Assembly (NCBI GenBank): GCA_963761305.1
Contig: CAVXGK010000002.1
Location: forward strand, 1,280,001-1,344,000
Origin: an uncultured Gemmatimonadaceae bacterium
GTDB lineage: Bacteria; Gemmatimonadota; Gemmatimonadetes; Gemmatimonadales; Gemmatimonadaceae
DNA length: 64,000 nt
Direction of reading: 5' to 3'
The notes beneath the pieces were generated by a model. That model was not told where the DNA came from. It was given only the letters and a program-made list of their open reading frames with translations, and made no database searches. This document shows, piece after piece, positions 45,915 to 55,639 of the stretch. Every line of letters starts with the position of its first letter. Within the stretch, counting starts at the first letter, position 1. The position numbers were made by a program, and so were the translations under genes.

Positions 45915-47183
45915 CTAGGCGGCGAACGTCAACAGCGTTTGGCCGGCGCCGTGGGCGATCCGAATCGCCAGGTCCCTTCCCCGCTCGTCTTGCAGAATCT
46001 CCACGTCGGTGACGCCGCCGATGCCGCGCGTCAGGTGTGGCGCTCCCCAGCCGACCTCGCCGAACATCAGCGCGATGCGCTGGTCATGGGCGTCGTACGT
46101 GGCGCCCCGGAGCGGATAGTCGAACTCCTGCGCCTGCGCGCCGATCTCCGGGTCATCCACCTCGAGCGTCCCGCGGCGGCCGCCGTTCCGGCGCGTGAAT
46201 GCGTCCAACTGCGCCGTCCAATCCGCGTGCGGCAGCGTTCGGACGACCGGCGGCTCGACCTGGGTTCGGACTTTCGTCATCGCCGCCGCACGCGGAACGG
46301 TCAACACGCTACATGTCGAGCAGCGCACGAGACGCGTCGCGACGCTGCCAATCAGCATTCGGGCCACGAACCCGTGCCCGTGACTGCCGGTCGCGATCAA
46401 GTCGGCGTTGACACTCGCCGCGAAGGCCAGCAGCTCGGTCGTCGGGTCGCCCTGCAACAGGACGTTCTGAACCGTCATTCCCTCCGGAACGCGCAACTGA
46501 TCCCGCGTCTTCTGGAGCGCGTCCCCAACGCCGTGCTTGTACGTCGCCCCCCACCCTCCCCAGTCGTAGAACGAGCTGTCGCGCGGAGCGACGTGGGCCA
46601 GGTAGATGGTCGCGCCACTGGCCGCGAGTTCGAGCGCGAGTCGTGCCGCACGGAGGCTCGTCTCGCTGAAATCGACCGCCACGACGATTCGCCTCGGCGC
46701 CTGCATCAGCCCGGGCGCCGTGGCGAGCACCGGCACGTCGGCTGCGCGAACGAGCCGCAGCGCGGTTTCGTCGCCGAAGACGCGATCGGTCACGCGGTGG
46801 CGTCCCAGCCCCGCGACGATCATGGTCGCTCCCGCGTCGTGCGCGATTCGCGCCACCACCGTCGCCGGATCGCCGTCGTACAGCTCGACGTCGCACGCTT
46901 CATCCCACATCCGGCATGCCTGATTCGCCGCGTCCCGTTTGGCCTCGTCGTGCCGCGCATTCTCGATGTCGATCGGCACCGGGAACGTCACGTCGGGCAC
47001 GATCGGTACGGGCTGGAGCACCGACACAAGCCGCATCGCGTCTGACCCACCGGCCAACAGCCGGCCGACCATCAACGCGGCATCCGATTGCCGCCGGCCG
47101 TCGGTTGCAATGATCACCGGTGCCGTCGCGCTGGCGCGCACACCGACCTGCGGCACCATCGCTGGAATCTTGAGCGAATCCAT
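45915..47183 (-). CDS. Universal stress protein (two USP domains + DUF5335-like C-terminal domain)
   Basis: IIATDG, VFGDETA, IVVAVDFSE, ADLIATGSHG, IGSVA, plus an extra ~110-aa C-terminal domain. Confidence 0.92.
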   Translation of the reverse strand: MDSLKIPAMVPQVGVRASATAPVIIATDGRRQSDAALMVGRLLAGGSDAMRLVSVLQPVPIVPDVTFPVPIDIENARHDEAKRDAANQACRMWDEACDVELYDGDPATVVARIAHDAGATMIVAGLGRHRVTDRVFGDETALRLVRAADVPVLATAPGLMQAPRRIVVAVDFSETSLRAARLALELAASGATIYLAHVAPRDSSFYDWGGWGATYKHGVGDALQKTRDQLRVPEGMTVQNVLLQGDPTTELLAFAASVNADLIATGSHGHGFVARMLIGSVATRLVRCSTCSVLTVPRAAAMTKVRTQVEPPVVRTLPHADWTAQLDAFTRRNGGRRGTLEVDDPEIGAQAQEFDYPLRGATYDAHDQRIALMFGEVGWGAPHLTRGIGGVTDVEILQDERGRDLAIRIAHGAGQTLLTFAA

Positions 47184-47267
47184 ATTCCCTCCTCGATCGT
47201 CCCGCCCGACGGGCGTTCGCCGTCGCGGCTCGTGGAGGAATGGTGGCGCATCGCCCGCCGGCCAACC

Positions 47268-47306
47268 GTCGGCGAAACCCCAGAATCTGGTCGGGGATTC
47301 TACGGA
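47268..47306. promoter_or_regulatory. Two tandem palindromic boxes, 22 bp apart
   Basis: GTCGGCGAAACCCCAGA (47268-47284) and GTCGGGGATTCTACGGA (47290-47306) upstream of the USP gene. Confidence 0.55.
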
Positions 47307-47339
47307 AACTGGTGAGGCCGTGCTCGCCGAACCGTGATT

Positions 47340-47786
47340 CTATGGCGCCGCCGCCCGTCCGCTGATCTCGTCGGCGTAAATGCGGAACACCACCCGGCGC
47401 TGCGGCGTCTTGTCGCCGGACGTCAGCATGTCCGCCTGGGCGCTGCGAAGGATCTGAACCGCGGCCTCGTAGTCGGCGCGGTCCGCGTCTCGATCCGCGT
47501 CGAGGAAATAGATCGTGCCGTGCACCACGACGCTCCGCCACTCGAACCGGCTGCGCACTTCGTCGACCTCGAACGCCACCCACGGATGATGCTGGACCGT
47601 GGCGAGCTTGTGTCCCGGCGACGTCCGCGCGTAGAGCCACCCGTCGGCGAACACGTATGAAATGGGCTCGATATCCACCCGGTCGTGGAAGGTGAATGCG
47701 AGACGGCCGACGTGATTTCGCTTCAGCAGATCGAGGGCCTCGGCGGGCGAGAGGTCGAAGAACGTCGGCGGTTTGTGCGTCGTCAT
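47340..47786 (-). CDS. Pyridoxamine 5'-phosphate oxidase-like FMN-binding protein
   Basis: VGRLAF, PISY, RTSPGHKL, VAFEVD and WRSVVVHG. ATG at 47786. Confidence 0.92.
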   Translation of the reverse strand: MTTHKPPTFFDLSPAEALDLLKRNHVGRLAFTFHDRVDIEPISYVFADGWLYARTSPGHKLATVQHHPWVAFEVDEVRSRFEWRSVVVHGTIYFLDADRDADRADYEAAVQILRSAQADMLTSGDKTPQRRVVFRIYADEISGRAAAP

Positions 47787-49474
47787 GGTTGCTCCCGCCG
47801 GCTGCCCCGCCGCTCGGCTTGCGGTATGGTGAATGTGAACTCGCTTCCTTCGCCGGGAACGCTGTGGACGCGGATCCGTCCGCCGTGGGCTTCGACGATT
47901 CCCTTGGCAATCGACAGGCCGAGTCCAGCGCCGCGCTCGCGTGCGCCAACGGACGACTGCCAATAGCGCTCGAACACTCGCGCCTGCTGCTCGGCCGGAA
48001 TGCCCCTGCCGGTGTCCGCGACGGAGAATTGCACGTCTCGCTCGCGTCGTTCCACGCCGATCACGATGCGCCCGCCGCGCGGCGTGAACTTCATTGCGTT
48101 GCGCAGAAGGTTGCTCAACACCTGGACGACGCGCGCTCGATCCGCGCCGACGAGCGGGATGTCGGTCGGGAGCCGCGTTTCGAGCGCGATGCCCTGCTCC
48201 TTGGCCTCGACCTCGAACATGTGCAGCGTCTGCAACACGAGCTGCGACGGTTCCTCGGAACGCAGATCCAGCGAGAGCTTTCCACGCTCGATGGTCGACA
48301 CGTCGAGCAAGTCCTCGATCAACCGGTTCATCCACTGCGTGGACTGTTGGATCGTCTCGAGCAGCTCGCGCTTGGCGCCCTCGTCCCCCGGCGGGTCTTC
48401 GTCGAGGACGCGCGCGCACATCGCGATCGCGCTGAGCGGATTGCGGAGGTCGTGCGCGACGACGCCCAGCATCTCGTCGCGCGCACGATTGGCCTGGCGC
48501 GCCGCGTCGTACAACTGCGCCTTTTGTAGCGCCGCCGCCGCGATCGCGGCGAATTTCTCGCCCAGCGCGCGCTGCTGCGCATCGAACGGGCCGGCGTCTC
48601 CCGCGCGAATGAGCGTCAGAGCGCCACGCGTATCGCCGGCGTTGACCGGGAGAACCAGAATCGATCGTGCGCCGATCGCCTGCCAGTCCGGAGCGGTTTC
48701 GGGGTCGGCGCTGCTTTCGAGCCACTCGTCGTCGATCACCTCGACCAGTTCGGGGCGTCCGCGGCGGATCACGTCAACGATCGGCGATGGCGAGTCGGGC
48801 GTCAGGCGGTGTTGCGCCAGCGCCTCGACCGCGGGCGACAGCTCGGTTCGCTGGCGAGTGCTCGCAACCCGTCGAAATGCGCCCGGCGAGCCGGCGAGGT
48901 CGAGCAGAGCCGCGTCCGCCAGGCGCGGAATCGGCAGGTCGACGATGGCGTGCTCGGTCGCGTCGACGGCCACAGTGTTCGACAATTCCGCCGCAGCGCC
49001 GCTGAGAAATCGTTCGTCCTCGTCGGCACGCCGCTGGACGGTCGTATCGCGCATCACGACGGTGAACAAGAGTCCGTCCGGCGTGACGAGCTTGGAGATC
49101 GACGCTTCGGCGGGAAACTCGGTGCCGTCGGCGCGGAGCCCAAAGATTTCGCGACGCTCTCCCATGCGCCGGGCGGTGACCGACGAACGCGCGAACGCTT
49201 CGATATGCGAGTCGTGAATCGCTCGAAACCGCGGCGGAAGCAGGATCGCGAGATGCCGTCCGACGGCGTCGCTCGCCTTGTACCCGAACATCCCTTCCGC
49301 GCCGTCGTTGAAATGAACGATGCGCTGGCCCTGGTCGATCGTGATGATCGCGTCGGCGGCGATGGCGAGAATGCCGGAGAACTTGGCTTCGGAGGCACGA
49401 AGCTCGGCCTCGATTTTCCCGTGCTCGCGCAGTCGCGACCTGACGAATACTTGCTGTGCAACGAGAAGCGCCAC
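47783..49474 (-). CDS. PAS + GAF sensor histidine kinase (HisKA)
   Basis: FixL-like PAS (HDSHIEAF...GLRADGTEFP), AHDLRNPL, NLLRNAMKF, DTGRGI and GAGLGL. The N-terminal TM probably starts ~33 nt further upstream. Confidence 0.93.
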   Translation of the reverse strand: MALLVAQQVFVRSRLREHGKIEAELRASEAKFSGILAIAADAIITIDQGQRIVHFNDGAEGMFGYKASDAVGRHLAILLPPRFRAIHDSHIEAFARSSVTARRMGERREIFGLRADGTEFPAEASISKLVTPDGLLFTVVMRDTTVQRRADEDERFLSGAAAELSNTVAVDATEHAIVDLPIPRLADAALLDLAGSPGAFRRVASTRQRTELSPAVEALAQHRLTPDSPSPIVDVIRRGRPELVEVIDDEWLESSADPETAPDWQAIGARSILVLPVNAGDTRGALTLIRAGDAGPFDAQQRALGEKFAAIAAAALQKAQLYDAARQANRARDEMLGVVAHDLRNPLSAIAMCARVLDEDPPGDEGAKRELLETIQQSTQWMNRLIEDLLDVSTIERGKLSLDLRSEEPSQLVLQTLHMFEVEAKEQGIALETRLPTDIPLVGADRARVVQVLSNLLRNAMKFTPRGGRIVIGVERRERDVQFSVADTGRGIPAEQQARVFERYWQSSVGARERGAGLGLSIAKGIVEAHGGRIRVHSVPGEGSEFTFTIPQAERRGSRREQP

Positions 49475-49510
49475 CGCAACGCCGGCGGCCAGCCAGGGAA
49501 TCAGCAGATC

Positions 49511-50173
49511 TCAAGTCTCCGAAAGGAGCCCCAACCGGAGTGCGAGCTGGACATAGTCGGAGCGATGCGCCAGTCCGAGCTTTTCCTGAATCCGTTGCTT
49601 GTACGTGTCGACGGTCTTGGGACTGATGAACAGCTTCTCACCGATTTCCGGCGCCGAGTAGCCTTGCGCGATGTATCGTAACACGGACTGCTCGCGGTCG
49701 GTGAGCTTTTCGAAACGGTCACGCTCCGCGGCGGCGGGATCCTTCTTCGTCAGGTTCTTCGCCAGGACGCGCGCCGCACCGGGCCCAACGTACACGTCGC
49801 CGTGGGCCACCGCACGCACTGCATCAACCAGCTCGCGGTCGGCCGCGCTCTTCACCAGGTACCCGGCGGCGCCCGCTTCCATCAACGGCACGAGGTAGTC
49901 CTCCTCGGCGTGCATCGTGAGCACGAGAACCCGTGCGACGAGACCCTTCGACACGATCTCCTTCGTCGCCGCGACGCCGTCGGTGTCCGGCATGTCGAGA
50001 TCCATCACGACGACGTCCGGCTTGAAGCGCTCAACCATCGTGATGGCTTCACGGCCGTTCTTCGCCTCGCCGATCACCTCGATGTCTTTTGCTGCCCCGA
50101 GGACGGCACGCAAGCCCGCGCGCACCACCACGTGATCGTCGGCGAGAACTACCCGAATGAGATCGCCCGTCAT
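49511..50173 (-). CDS. NarL/LuxR family response regulator
   Basis: LADDH, VVMDLDMP, GYLVK and LTDRE...ISPKTVDTYK HTH. Confidence 0.96.
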   Translation of the reverse strand: MTGDLIRVVLADDHVVVRAGLRAVLGAAKDIEVIGEAKNGREAITMVERFKPDVVVMDLDMPDTDGVAATKEIVSKGLVARVLVLTMHAEEDYLVPLMEAGAAGYLVKSAADRELVDAVRAVAHGDVYVGPGAARVLAKNLTKKDPAAAERDRFEKLTDREQSVLRYIAQGYSAPEIGEKLFISPKTVDTYKQRIQEKLGLAHRSDYVQLALRLGLLSET

Positions 50174-50180
50174 TGCTCCT

Positions 50181-51203
50181 CTACAATTGAACGAGTTGGG
50201 AAGCCAGGTCCAGGGGCACGGTCGCCGAGATGGTGGTGCCGCTCCCTTTCGCGGTGTTCACGTCGAGTCGCCCGTCCAGCAGATCGACCCGTTCGCGCAT
50301 CGATGTAAGGCCGATGCCCGAACGCTGTTGATCGGCCTCGACCAGGTCAAAGCCGATTCCATCATCGTGCACGCGGAGCGTCGCCTCGCCGTCATCCTGA
50401 CGCACGATGACACGGACGTGCCTCGCCGATGCGTGCGTGGTCGCGTTGCGGACGGCTTCCTGGGCTACACGGTACAGGGTGCCCTCGACGTCGCGTGGAA
50501 GGCGCTCCGGGCCGCCGGTGAAATGTACGTCGACATCGACGCCGTTCCCGGTGGACGAATCGCGGGCGAGCTTGCGAAGCGCCGCCTCGAGTCCGAGGTC
50601 GTCGAGCACGCCCGGATGCAGCGCGTGCGACAGCGCGCGCGCCTCGTGCAGCGTCTCCTCCACGGCATCCCGCGCGTCGCGCAGTCGTTCGGCAATGAAC
50701 GGATCGGTGGTGTCTCTTGCCGCCACGGACAGCTGCAGGAGCACGGCCGCGAGATGCTGCGCCACGGAATCGTGGAGCTCCCGCGCCAACGCCGCCCGCT
50801 CGCGATCGCCGGCGGCGATGACCTGCGCGGCGAGCACGCGCATCCTGGCGCGATCCGCCGCGAGTCCGTCCAGCAGGAGGTTGAACATCGATCCCACGCG
50901 CAGCACTTCTCGGTCGGCGATGCTCGAGCGCTCGACGCGGGCGCCGTAGTCGCCGTCCCACAGCCGCGCGGCAGCGGTCTCCAAGTCGCGGATCGGCCGC
51001 AGCGCGATGAACACCAGCGCCAAGTGGACGCCAATCACTGCGGCCAGGGCCAGAATCACCGCGGCGTTGATCGGCCCGCCGGCGACGAGCCACATCATCG
51101 TCAATACCGCGACGACGAGGAGGTTGGCTCCGACGAGTTTTGCGGCGAGCGGCGCTCTCAGCGCGGCGAGACGGATACCTCGCCGCGCGTCGAGCGATTT
51201 CAC
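50181..51203 (-). CDS. Membrane HAMP sensor histidine kinase (HisKA_3)
   Basis: Two TM helices, HAMP, ARELHDSVAQ, QEAVRNA and DDGIGF. Probable GTG start at 51203; the frame stays open to ATG 51350. Confidence 0.92.
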   Translation of the reverse strand: MKSLDARRGIRLAALRAPLAAKLVGANLLVVAVLTMMWLVAGGPINAAVILALAAVIGVHLALVFIALRPIRDLETAAARLWDGDYGARVERSSIADREVLRVGSMFNLLLDGLAADRARMRVLAAQVIAAGDRERAALARELHDSVAQHLAAVLLQLSVAARDTTDPFIAERLRDARDAVEETLHEARALSHALHPGVLDDLGLEAALRKLARDSSTGNGVDVDVHFTGGPERLPRDVEGTLYRVAQEAVRNATTHASARHVRVIVRQDDGEATLRVHDDGIGFDLVEADQQRSGIGLTSMRERVDLLDGRLDVNTAKGSGTTISATVPLDLASQLVQL

Positions 51204-51434
51204 GCTTGAACCACCAGCGCCGTCACCATGTCGAACATTCCGTGTTCCGGCCGCGACCCTGGCCACAAGAGCCGCGATTCCTCCCTGGCGCAGGAACCCC
51301 CGGCGAGGAGTGTGGTGGTCGATCAGCTCGAGGAAACCTTTGTCGGGCATTGGGTCGACTCGTCGGACGGTAGAGGTGCACGCGAATGTCGCGTGTCGAG
51401 CGCGTGGGCTCTGTCAGCGAGAACTGGAATTTCT

Positions 51435-51451
51435 GAGAGGGAATCCCCTAC
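51435..51451. promoter_or_regulatory. Palindromic box upstream of the kinase/regulator operon
   Basis: GAGAGGGAATCCCCTAC (reverse complement GTAGGGGATTCCCTCTC). Confidence 0.55.
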
Positions 51452-51514
51452 ACGAAAAGGAGGGACGCATTCGTCGAGCTGCGTCCCTCTCTGTTCGCGG
51501 GTGCGACTGGCGAC

Positions 51515-52171
51515 TTACGGCCGCTCGTCCTTCGCGGCCTTGTCGGCCATGTCATTGATCGCGGCTGCGATCGCTCCGGGACCGATCGTCAGCGCGAAGT
51601 TGACTTTCACTTCGTCGCCTGTTTTCAGCGTGCCGAATATCGCCGTCGGTGGCTTGATGCCGTAGTCGGTCATCTTGATCGGGACCATGCCGGTCGCCTT
51701 GATGGTGCCGTCGGGCAGCCGCGTCGCTACGATGTCCATCGTCAGATCGTTCTCCTTGCCGGCGATTTCCAGCTTTCCGACGGTTTTCAGCGCCAAGGCG
51801 TTGGCTTCGCCCGGAGTCGCGTCGAAGGTCGCCATGATGTAGCTGATCTCCGGCGAGGCGTCGGCCTTGAGCGCTTTGTACAGATTGCCGTCCATCCCGC
51901 CGTGGTCGCACTTGAGCTCCTTGACGGGAACCTTCACCACGACGCGCTTGAGCGCCTTGGGCGCCGCGGTTGCCAGTTGCTCGACAGCGGACGCGTCGAT
52001 CTCGATCGCGGCATCGAATTTCTGGGCCGTACAGCTCCAGCCATGGAGATTCGACGTGCCCTCGATCCACAGCTTGCTCTCGGGCGACACTGAAACGTGC
52101 GCCGTGGTTTGTGCTGCACCGGTCGCGGCCAGCGCGCCAAGCAGGGCGGCTGCGATATAGGTTCTGGTCAT
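51515..52171 (-). CDS. YceI family exported lipid/polyisoprenoid-binding protein
   Basis: Signal peptide, SKLWIEGTSNLHGW, GKLEIAG and MTDYGIKPP. Confidence 0.92.
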   Translation of the reverse strand: MTRTYIAAALLGALAATGAAQTTAHVSVSPESKLWIEGTSNLHGWSCTAQKFDAAIEIDASAVEQLATAAPKALKRVVVKVPVKELKCDHGGMDGNLYKALKADASPEISYIMATFDATPGEANALALKTVGKLEIAGKENDLTMDIVATRLPDGTIKATGMVPIKMTDYGIKPPTAIFGTLKTGDEVKVNFALTIGPGAIAAAINDMADKAAKDERP

Positions 52172-52314
52172 CGTTCCTCCGTCGGCCTGTCGACTGGAGA
52201 CTGCGCCGGTCGGCGTGTGGTCCCGTCATCGATCCTTGGCTGAAGATCGGGTTGACCGACCCGTCCTTCAGTCGGGTGAAAGAGGAACCTCGGTGCGGAT
52301 TCTCCGCCTCGCGT

Positions 52315-52331
52315 GTCGTGAAAACCCCGAC
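52315..52331. promoter_or_regulatory. Palindromic box upstream of the yceI-like gene
   Basis: GTCGTGAAAACCCCGAC, with weaker copies at ~52292 and ~52271. Confidence 0.55.
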
Positions 52332-52405
52332 GGCGCGCGGAGACGGCCCGCGACAGTCGACAGCGATACCGGTCGGCGAGAGTCGGTGGGTAGTTTTGTT
52401 CGGAC

Positions 52406-53509
52406 ATGAGCAGCCGAACGCGCAGGTCGTCGCGGGTCTTTCCGGGCGTCGCCATCACGGTGGTGGCACGCGTTGCCGCACTGGCGTTCCTGGCGAGCGG
52501 CCGCGCCTTCGGGCAACGCGCCGAGCCCGCGATCGAAGACTACCTGCGCGATTCGATCGGGATCACGGCGCGTGAGCTGAGCGACGTGAAGCGCGGAACC
52601 GTGCTCGCCAAGATTCTGCCGACGCAGAATCCGCGGGACGTCACCGTGTTCGGCATGGTGCAGATCGCGACGACGCGCTCGGCGTTCATGCCGCGGATGA
52701 TGGACGCGCGCCGACTCGTCACGCTGCGTTCGCCCACGTCCGAGATCTTCGACGACCCGCCGAGCGCGGCGAACGTGCGACGCGTGTCGGTGGATCCGTC
52801 CGAGTACAAGAATCTTCGGAACTGCCGCCTCGAGCACTGCGACTTCAAGCTGCCCGCGGCGACGATGCGCGAGTTCGCGACGCAAGTGGATTGGACGAGC
52901 GACAGCGCGAAAACGCAGGTCGATTCGCTGGCGCGCGCCGACGTGCTGCGATTCGTCAGCGACTACGCGGTCGCCGGCAATGCGGCGATGATCGAGTACG
53001 ACGACAACCACGCGGTGAAGTCGAGCGACGCGTTCATCGCCCTGCTCGACCAATCAGCGTATCTACGCGACTTCGTCCCCGATCTGCGCGACTACCTGGA
53101 ATTCTTCCCCACGCATCGACCCGAGGGCGTGCACGACGTGCTGTTCTGGGAGGAGGACCGCCTGCCGCACCTTCGGCCGACGCTGACCCTGTCGCACATC
53201 GTGATGTACACGACGCCGTCGGGCACGCCACTCGTCGCCGTGAAACAGATCTATGCAGACCATTACTTCGAGGGGGCGCTCGAGCTGCTCGCCGCGTTCG
53301 ACGCGCCGCCGACGTCGTCGGGGCCGGCGATGTATCTGGTCACTCTGCGCCGCTACCGCTTCGACGCGCTCCCAACCGGCGGATTCCTAAATCTGCGGGG
53401 CCGAGTGCGGGGGAAGCTGGCCGACGCCGTTCGGGCCGATCTCCAGCGGGAACGGCAGGATGTCGAGGAGGGCGGCGCGGCGCGGAAGGGCGATTCGGCC
53501 TCCATGTAA
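52406..53509 (+). CDS. Exported hypothetical protein
   Basis: Long ORF with typical codon use, signal peptide, and motifs NCRLEHCDFKLP and KQIYADHYF. Confidence 0.8.
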   Translation: MSSRTRRSSRVFPGVAITVVARVAALAFLASGRAFGQRAEPAIEDYLRDSIGITARELSDVKRGTVLAKILPTQNPRDVTVFGMVQIATTRSAFMPRMMDARRLVTLRSPTSEIFDDPPSAANVRRVSVDPSEYKNLRNCRLEHCDFKLPAATMREFATQVDWTSDSAKTQVDSLARADVLRFVSDYAVAGNAAMIEYDDNHAVKSSDAFIALLDQSAYLRDFVPDLRDYLEFFPTHRPEGVHDVLFWEEDRLPHLRPTLTLSHIVMYTTPSGTPLVAVKQIYADHYFEGALELLAAFDAPPTSSGPAMYLVTLRRYRFDALPTGGFLNLRGRVRGKLADAVRADLQRERQDVEEGGAARKGDSASM

Positions 53510-53620
53510 CACTCCGGCGCCTTGCGAGGTGAACTCGCCGAGAGCATCCTTGCAGGCCTCGCCCCGGAACACGCACTCGCTTTCCGGTTCACCGGTCCAC
53601 CGGTCCACCCGTTGGTGCCA

Positions 53621-55408
53621 ATGAGATTTGGTTTCCGCCTTCCCCTCATCCTGGCTCTCGCCGGCGCCGCGACCGGCCTCGCGTGCTCGAGCGACGAGGA
53701 CGCGACCGATCCATCCGCGCCGATGAATCTCGAGATCTTTCTGACGCCGCCCGCAGTCCAGCTCGCGGTCGCCGACACGATCACGACGGCGAACAGTGTC
53801 AAGCTGATTCTGTCAGCGACGTCGCTCGGGTTTCCGGTCGTCACGCCGCACGCCGAATGGACCAGCTCGGATCGGACCGTCGTCATCGTCGACAGTACGG
53901 GATTGGTGCAGGCCGTGGGCTTGGGGCTCGCCACGGTCACGGCGCGTGTGAACGGTGAGAAGGCGCAAACGACGGTGAGCGTGGTACGGCGGGTCGTTTC
54001 CGTGACGCTCACGCCGCAGACGTTCCAAGGTCTCGTTGGCGACACAACGACAGTCGCGGCGAGCGCGGTCGATGCGCAGGGCTTGGCGGTGGGTGGAACG
54101 ACGTTCGCGTTCACGTCGACCGACCCGACCGCGGTGAGCGTGGTTCGAACCGGCAACCAGACGGCCAAGATCACGCTGCTCAAGCCGGGATCGGCTGGGG
54201 TGACCGTGGCTGCCGGCGGCCAGTCGGCGGCGACGTCGGTGACGTCGTTCTCGACGGATTTCACCAGCGCCGTCGCGACGAACGCGCCGACAGGGGCTTT
54301 GGTCCTCGCCGCCGGTCAAGATGCGACCTGCGGCATCATCGCGCTGGGTCGAAGCTTTTGTTTCGGCATACAACCCCCCGTTGGAATCGCGAAGGACTCG
54401 AGCTGCTTCAACGACCACCAGCCGGCAGGCCCGTTTCCCTGCACGCTCGTTCCGCTGCGCATCGCCGGCGCGCTGAGCTTTGCGTCGGTGAGCGTCGGGG
54501 ATTCAGTCGCCTGCGGTGTTACGACCGGGAATCAAGCCTATTGCTGGGGACTGCAGACGTATGGACAGCTCGGCAATGGCATCGCTACGACCGGAACGTC
54601 AGCGGCGCCGAATCTCGTGATCGGAGCGTCGTCGCGTTCCGCCGTGTTGTTGAGCCGCGTCTCGGCGGGACGAAATCACGCCTGCGGCCTAACGCCAAGC
54701 GGCGCCGCCCTCTGTTGGGGTCAAGACTCGACCTTCCAGCTCGGCACCGGCGATTCGCTCCTGGTGAACTCGAGCACGCCGATCCCGATCAAGAGCGGCG
54801 TGTCCTTCACGCAGATCTCCGCCGGTGGGAACCACACCTGCGCTTTGTCGAGTGGTGGCACGGCGGTGTGCTGGGGCGACAACACGCAGGGGCAGATTGG
54901 CATCGGAACCGACGGCAACGTCGTTGACACGCCCACGGCCGTCGCAGGCGTCTTCGCTCAAGTCTCGGCCGGCGGGTCACACACGTGCGCGCTTACGCCG
55001 GCCGGCGCAGCCTTCTGCTGGGGCTCGAACGACTCGGGGCAGGTCGGCAACGGAACGCAGACCGCGGCCACGACGCCCGTGGCCGTAACCGGCGGGTTCA
55101 CGTTCAAGGCGATTAGCGCGAGTCGATACGGCACGTGTGGCATCACGATCAACGGCGCCGCCGTCTGCTGGGGAAGCAACCAATACGCTCAGACGGGTTC
55201 CGGCTCGGTCAGCACGCCGAGACTCGTGCCAACTCCGGTGATTGGCGGGCACACTGATTTCGTTGCGATCGCGTCCGGAGTTCGGCACAATTGCGCGCTC
55301 GCAGCCAGTGGCGCGTTCTGTTGGGGCTCGAACGTCTTCGGCGCACTCGGGAATGAGTTACAGGCGATGATTCAGTTCACTCCCACCAAGACCGCGACCC
55401 CGCAGTAG
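53621..55408 (+). CDS. Lipoprotein with Ig-like (Big_2) domains and RCC1/BLIP-II repeats
   Basis: Lipobox GLAC, WTSSDRTVVIVDSTGLV, and repeated SAGxxHTCAL...CWGxNxxGQ. Confidence 0.92.
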   Translation: MRFGFRLPLILALAGAATGLACSSDEDATDPSAPMNLEIFLTPPAVQLAVADTITTANSVKLILSATSLGFPVVTPHAEWTSSDRTVVIVDSTGLVQAVGLGLATVTARVNGEKAQTTVSVVRRVVSVTLTPQTFQGLVGDTTTVAASAVDAQGLAVGGTTFAFTSTDPTAVSVVRTGNQTAKITLLKPGSAGVTVAAGGQSAATSVTSFSTDFTSAVATNAPTGALVLAAGQDATCGIIALGRSFCFGIQPPVGIAKDSSCFNDHQPAGPFPCTLVPLRIAGALSFASVSVGDSVACGVTTGNQAYCWGLQTYGQLGNGIATTGTSAAPNLVIGASSRSAVLLSRVSAGRNHACGLTPSGAALCWGQDSTFQLGTGDSLLVNSSTPIPIKSGVSFTQISAGGNHTCALSSGGTAVCWGDNTQGQIGIGTDGNVVDTPTAVAGVFAQVSAGGSHTCALTPAGAAFCWGSNDSGQVGNGTQTAATTPVAVTGGFTFKAISASRYGTCGITINGAAVCWGSNQYAQTGSGSVSTPRLVPTPVIGGHTDFVAIASGVRHNCALAASGAFCWGSNVFGALGNELQAMIQFTPTKTATPQ

Positions 55409-55591
55409 TAACGCCCGCTGGCGATTGGGCTCGAACTATTCGGCCCGACCATCCGTCAGTGAAAGCCGTGCAACGCCATCGCTCGGCGAGACGCCAGGCC
55501 GAAGTAAAGGTTGACTCTCGTGCCGATGCGGTCCGATGGAGTCGTCCAACGCGACTGAGTTCGGTCCGCCGACGATGGAGTTCGCTCCCTC

Positions 55592-55639
55592 GCTCCGTGA
55601 CTTCGGTCGTTAGCTCCGTGACTTCGGTCGTTAGCTCCG
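55592..55639. repeat. Exact 21-bp tandem repeat (2.3 copies) within a degenerate 21-bp array
   Basis: GCTCCGTGACTTCGGTCGTTA x2 + GCTCCG. The GA.TTCG core also occurs at 55556 and 55577. Confidence 0.85.
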
